Shown: in pieces, positions 63,383 to 64,000 of the stretch
Position numbering within the stretch: the stretch's first letter is position 1
Layout of the letters: each line of letters begins with the position of its first letter
Assembly (NCBI RefSeq): GCF_006345805.1
Contig: NC_043000.1
Location: 24,428,001 to 24,492,000 of the forward strand
From: Octopus sinensis
Lineage: Eukaryota
Reading direction: 5' to 3'
DNA: 64,000 nt
Notes under the pieces: generated by a model
The model's input: the letters and a program-made list of their open reading frames with translations, nothing else
The model's database searches: none
What the model was told of the DNA's origin: nothing
Position numbers and translations under genes: made by a program

Positions 63383-63750
63383 GGCGCAGGAGTGGCTGTG
63401 TGGTAAGTAGCTTGCTTACCAACCACATGGTTCCAGGTTCAGTGGCACCTTGGGCAAGTGTCTTTTACTATAGCCTCGAGCCGACCAAAGCCTTGTGAGT
63501 GGATTTGGTAGATGGAAACTGAAAGAAGCCTGTCGTATATATATGTTGTGTATCTGTGTTTATCCCCTCCAACATCACTTGACAACTGATGCTGGTGTGA
63601 TTAGGTTCCCATAACTTAACGGTTTGGCAAAAGAGACGATAGAATAAGTACTAGGCTTACAAAGAATAAGTCCTGGGGTTGATTTGTTTCGACTAAAGGC
63701 GGTGCTCCAGTATGGCTGCAGTCAAATGACTGAAGTAAAAGAATAAAAGA
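63383..63750 (+). mobile_element. SINE family A, full length
   Basis: Matches other copies. Further partial copies near 934-999, 2519-2658, 3549-3700, 6858-6950, 12255-12410, 28199-28325, 36355-36470, 50670-50770. Confidence 0.9.
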
Positions 63751-64000
63751 AAAAACAATAATACAAAGTGTATAAGGATCAATTATCCAATTCCTTTTCT
63801 TCAAAAGGCAGCAAGGTATAAATTGTGGGACATTTCGCTGCTCTTTCTTAAAGTTCAAGTGACTGCATAGGGGCTTCCTTCATTATTATTGTTGTTGTTG
63901 CTGTGATATGCAATAACTGAGTAGGTAAGAGAGCAACCTTGATTTTCATAAGGAGACAGAATGTAACCCTAACACACATGTAAAGACCAAGATCAAATAT

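Overview
AT-rich, repeat-dense eukaryotic DNA; the SINE, RTE and microsatellite families resemble those of Octopus (inference from sequence motifs, no database search run). No prokaryotic genes, CRISPR arrays, rRNA or genuine tRNA genes were seen, and nearly all track ORFs come from microsatellites or repeats. Most of the window is mobile-element debris: three tRNA-headed SINE families, about 20 copies of an RTE LINE 3' tail (one still attached to ORF2), CR1, RTE-X-like and mariner fragments, and piggyBac-, hAT- and pogo-type MITEs. By hand I assembled two tentative spliced gene models from short, phase-compatible exons (plus strand about 3.8-31.3 kb; minus strand about 53.8-37.8 kb). I recognise neither protein. 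The most interesting signals are minimal hammerhead-ribozyme motifs in Penelope-like remnants, candidate microexons and a recursive splice site, a near-identical 634-bp triplication, a 280-bp TSD-flanked element with internal inverted repeats, and repeated RTE junctions at one SINE motif. Repeat boundaries are approximate (about +/-10 nt).
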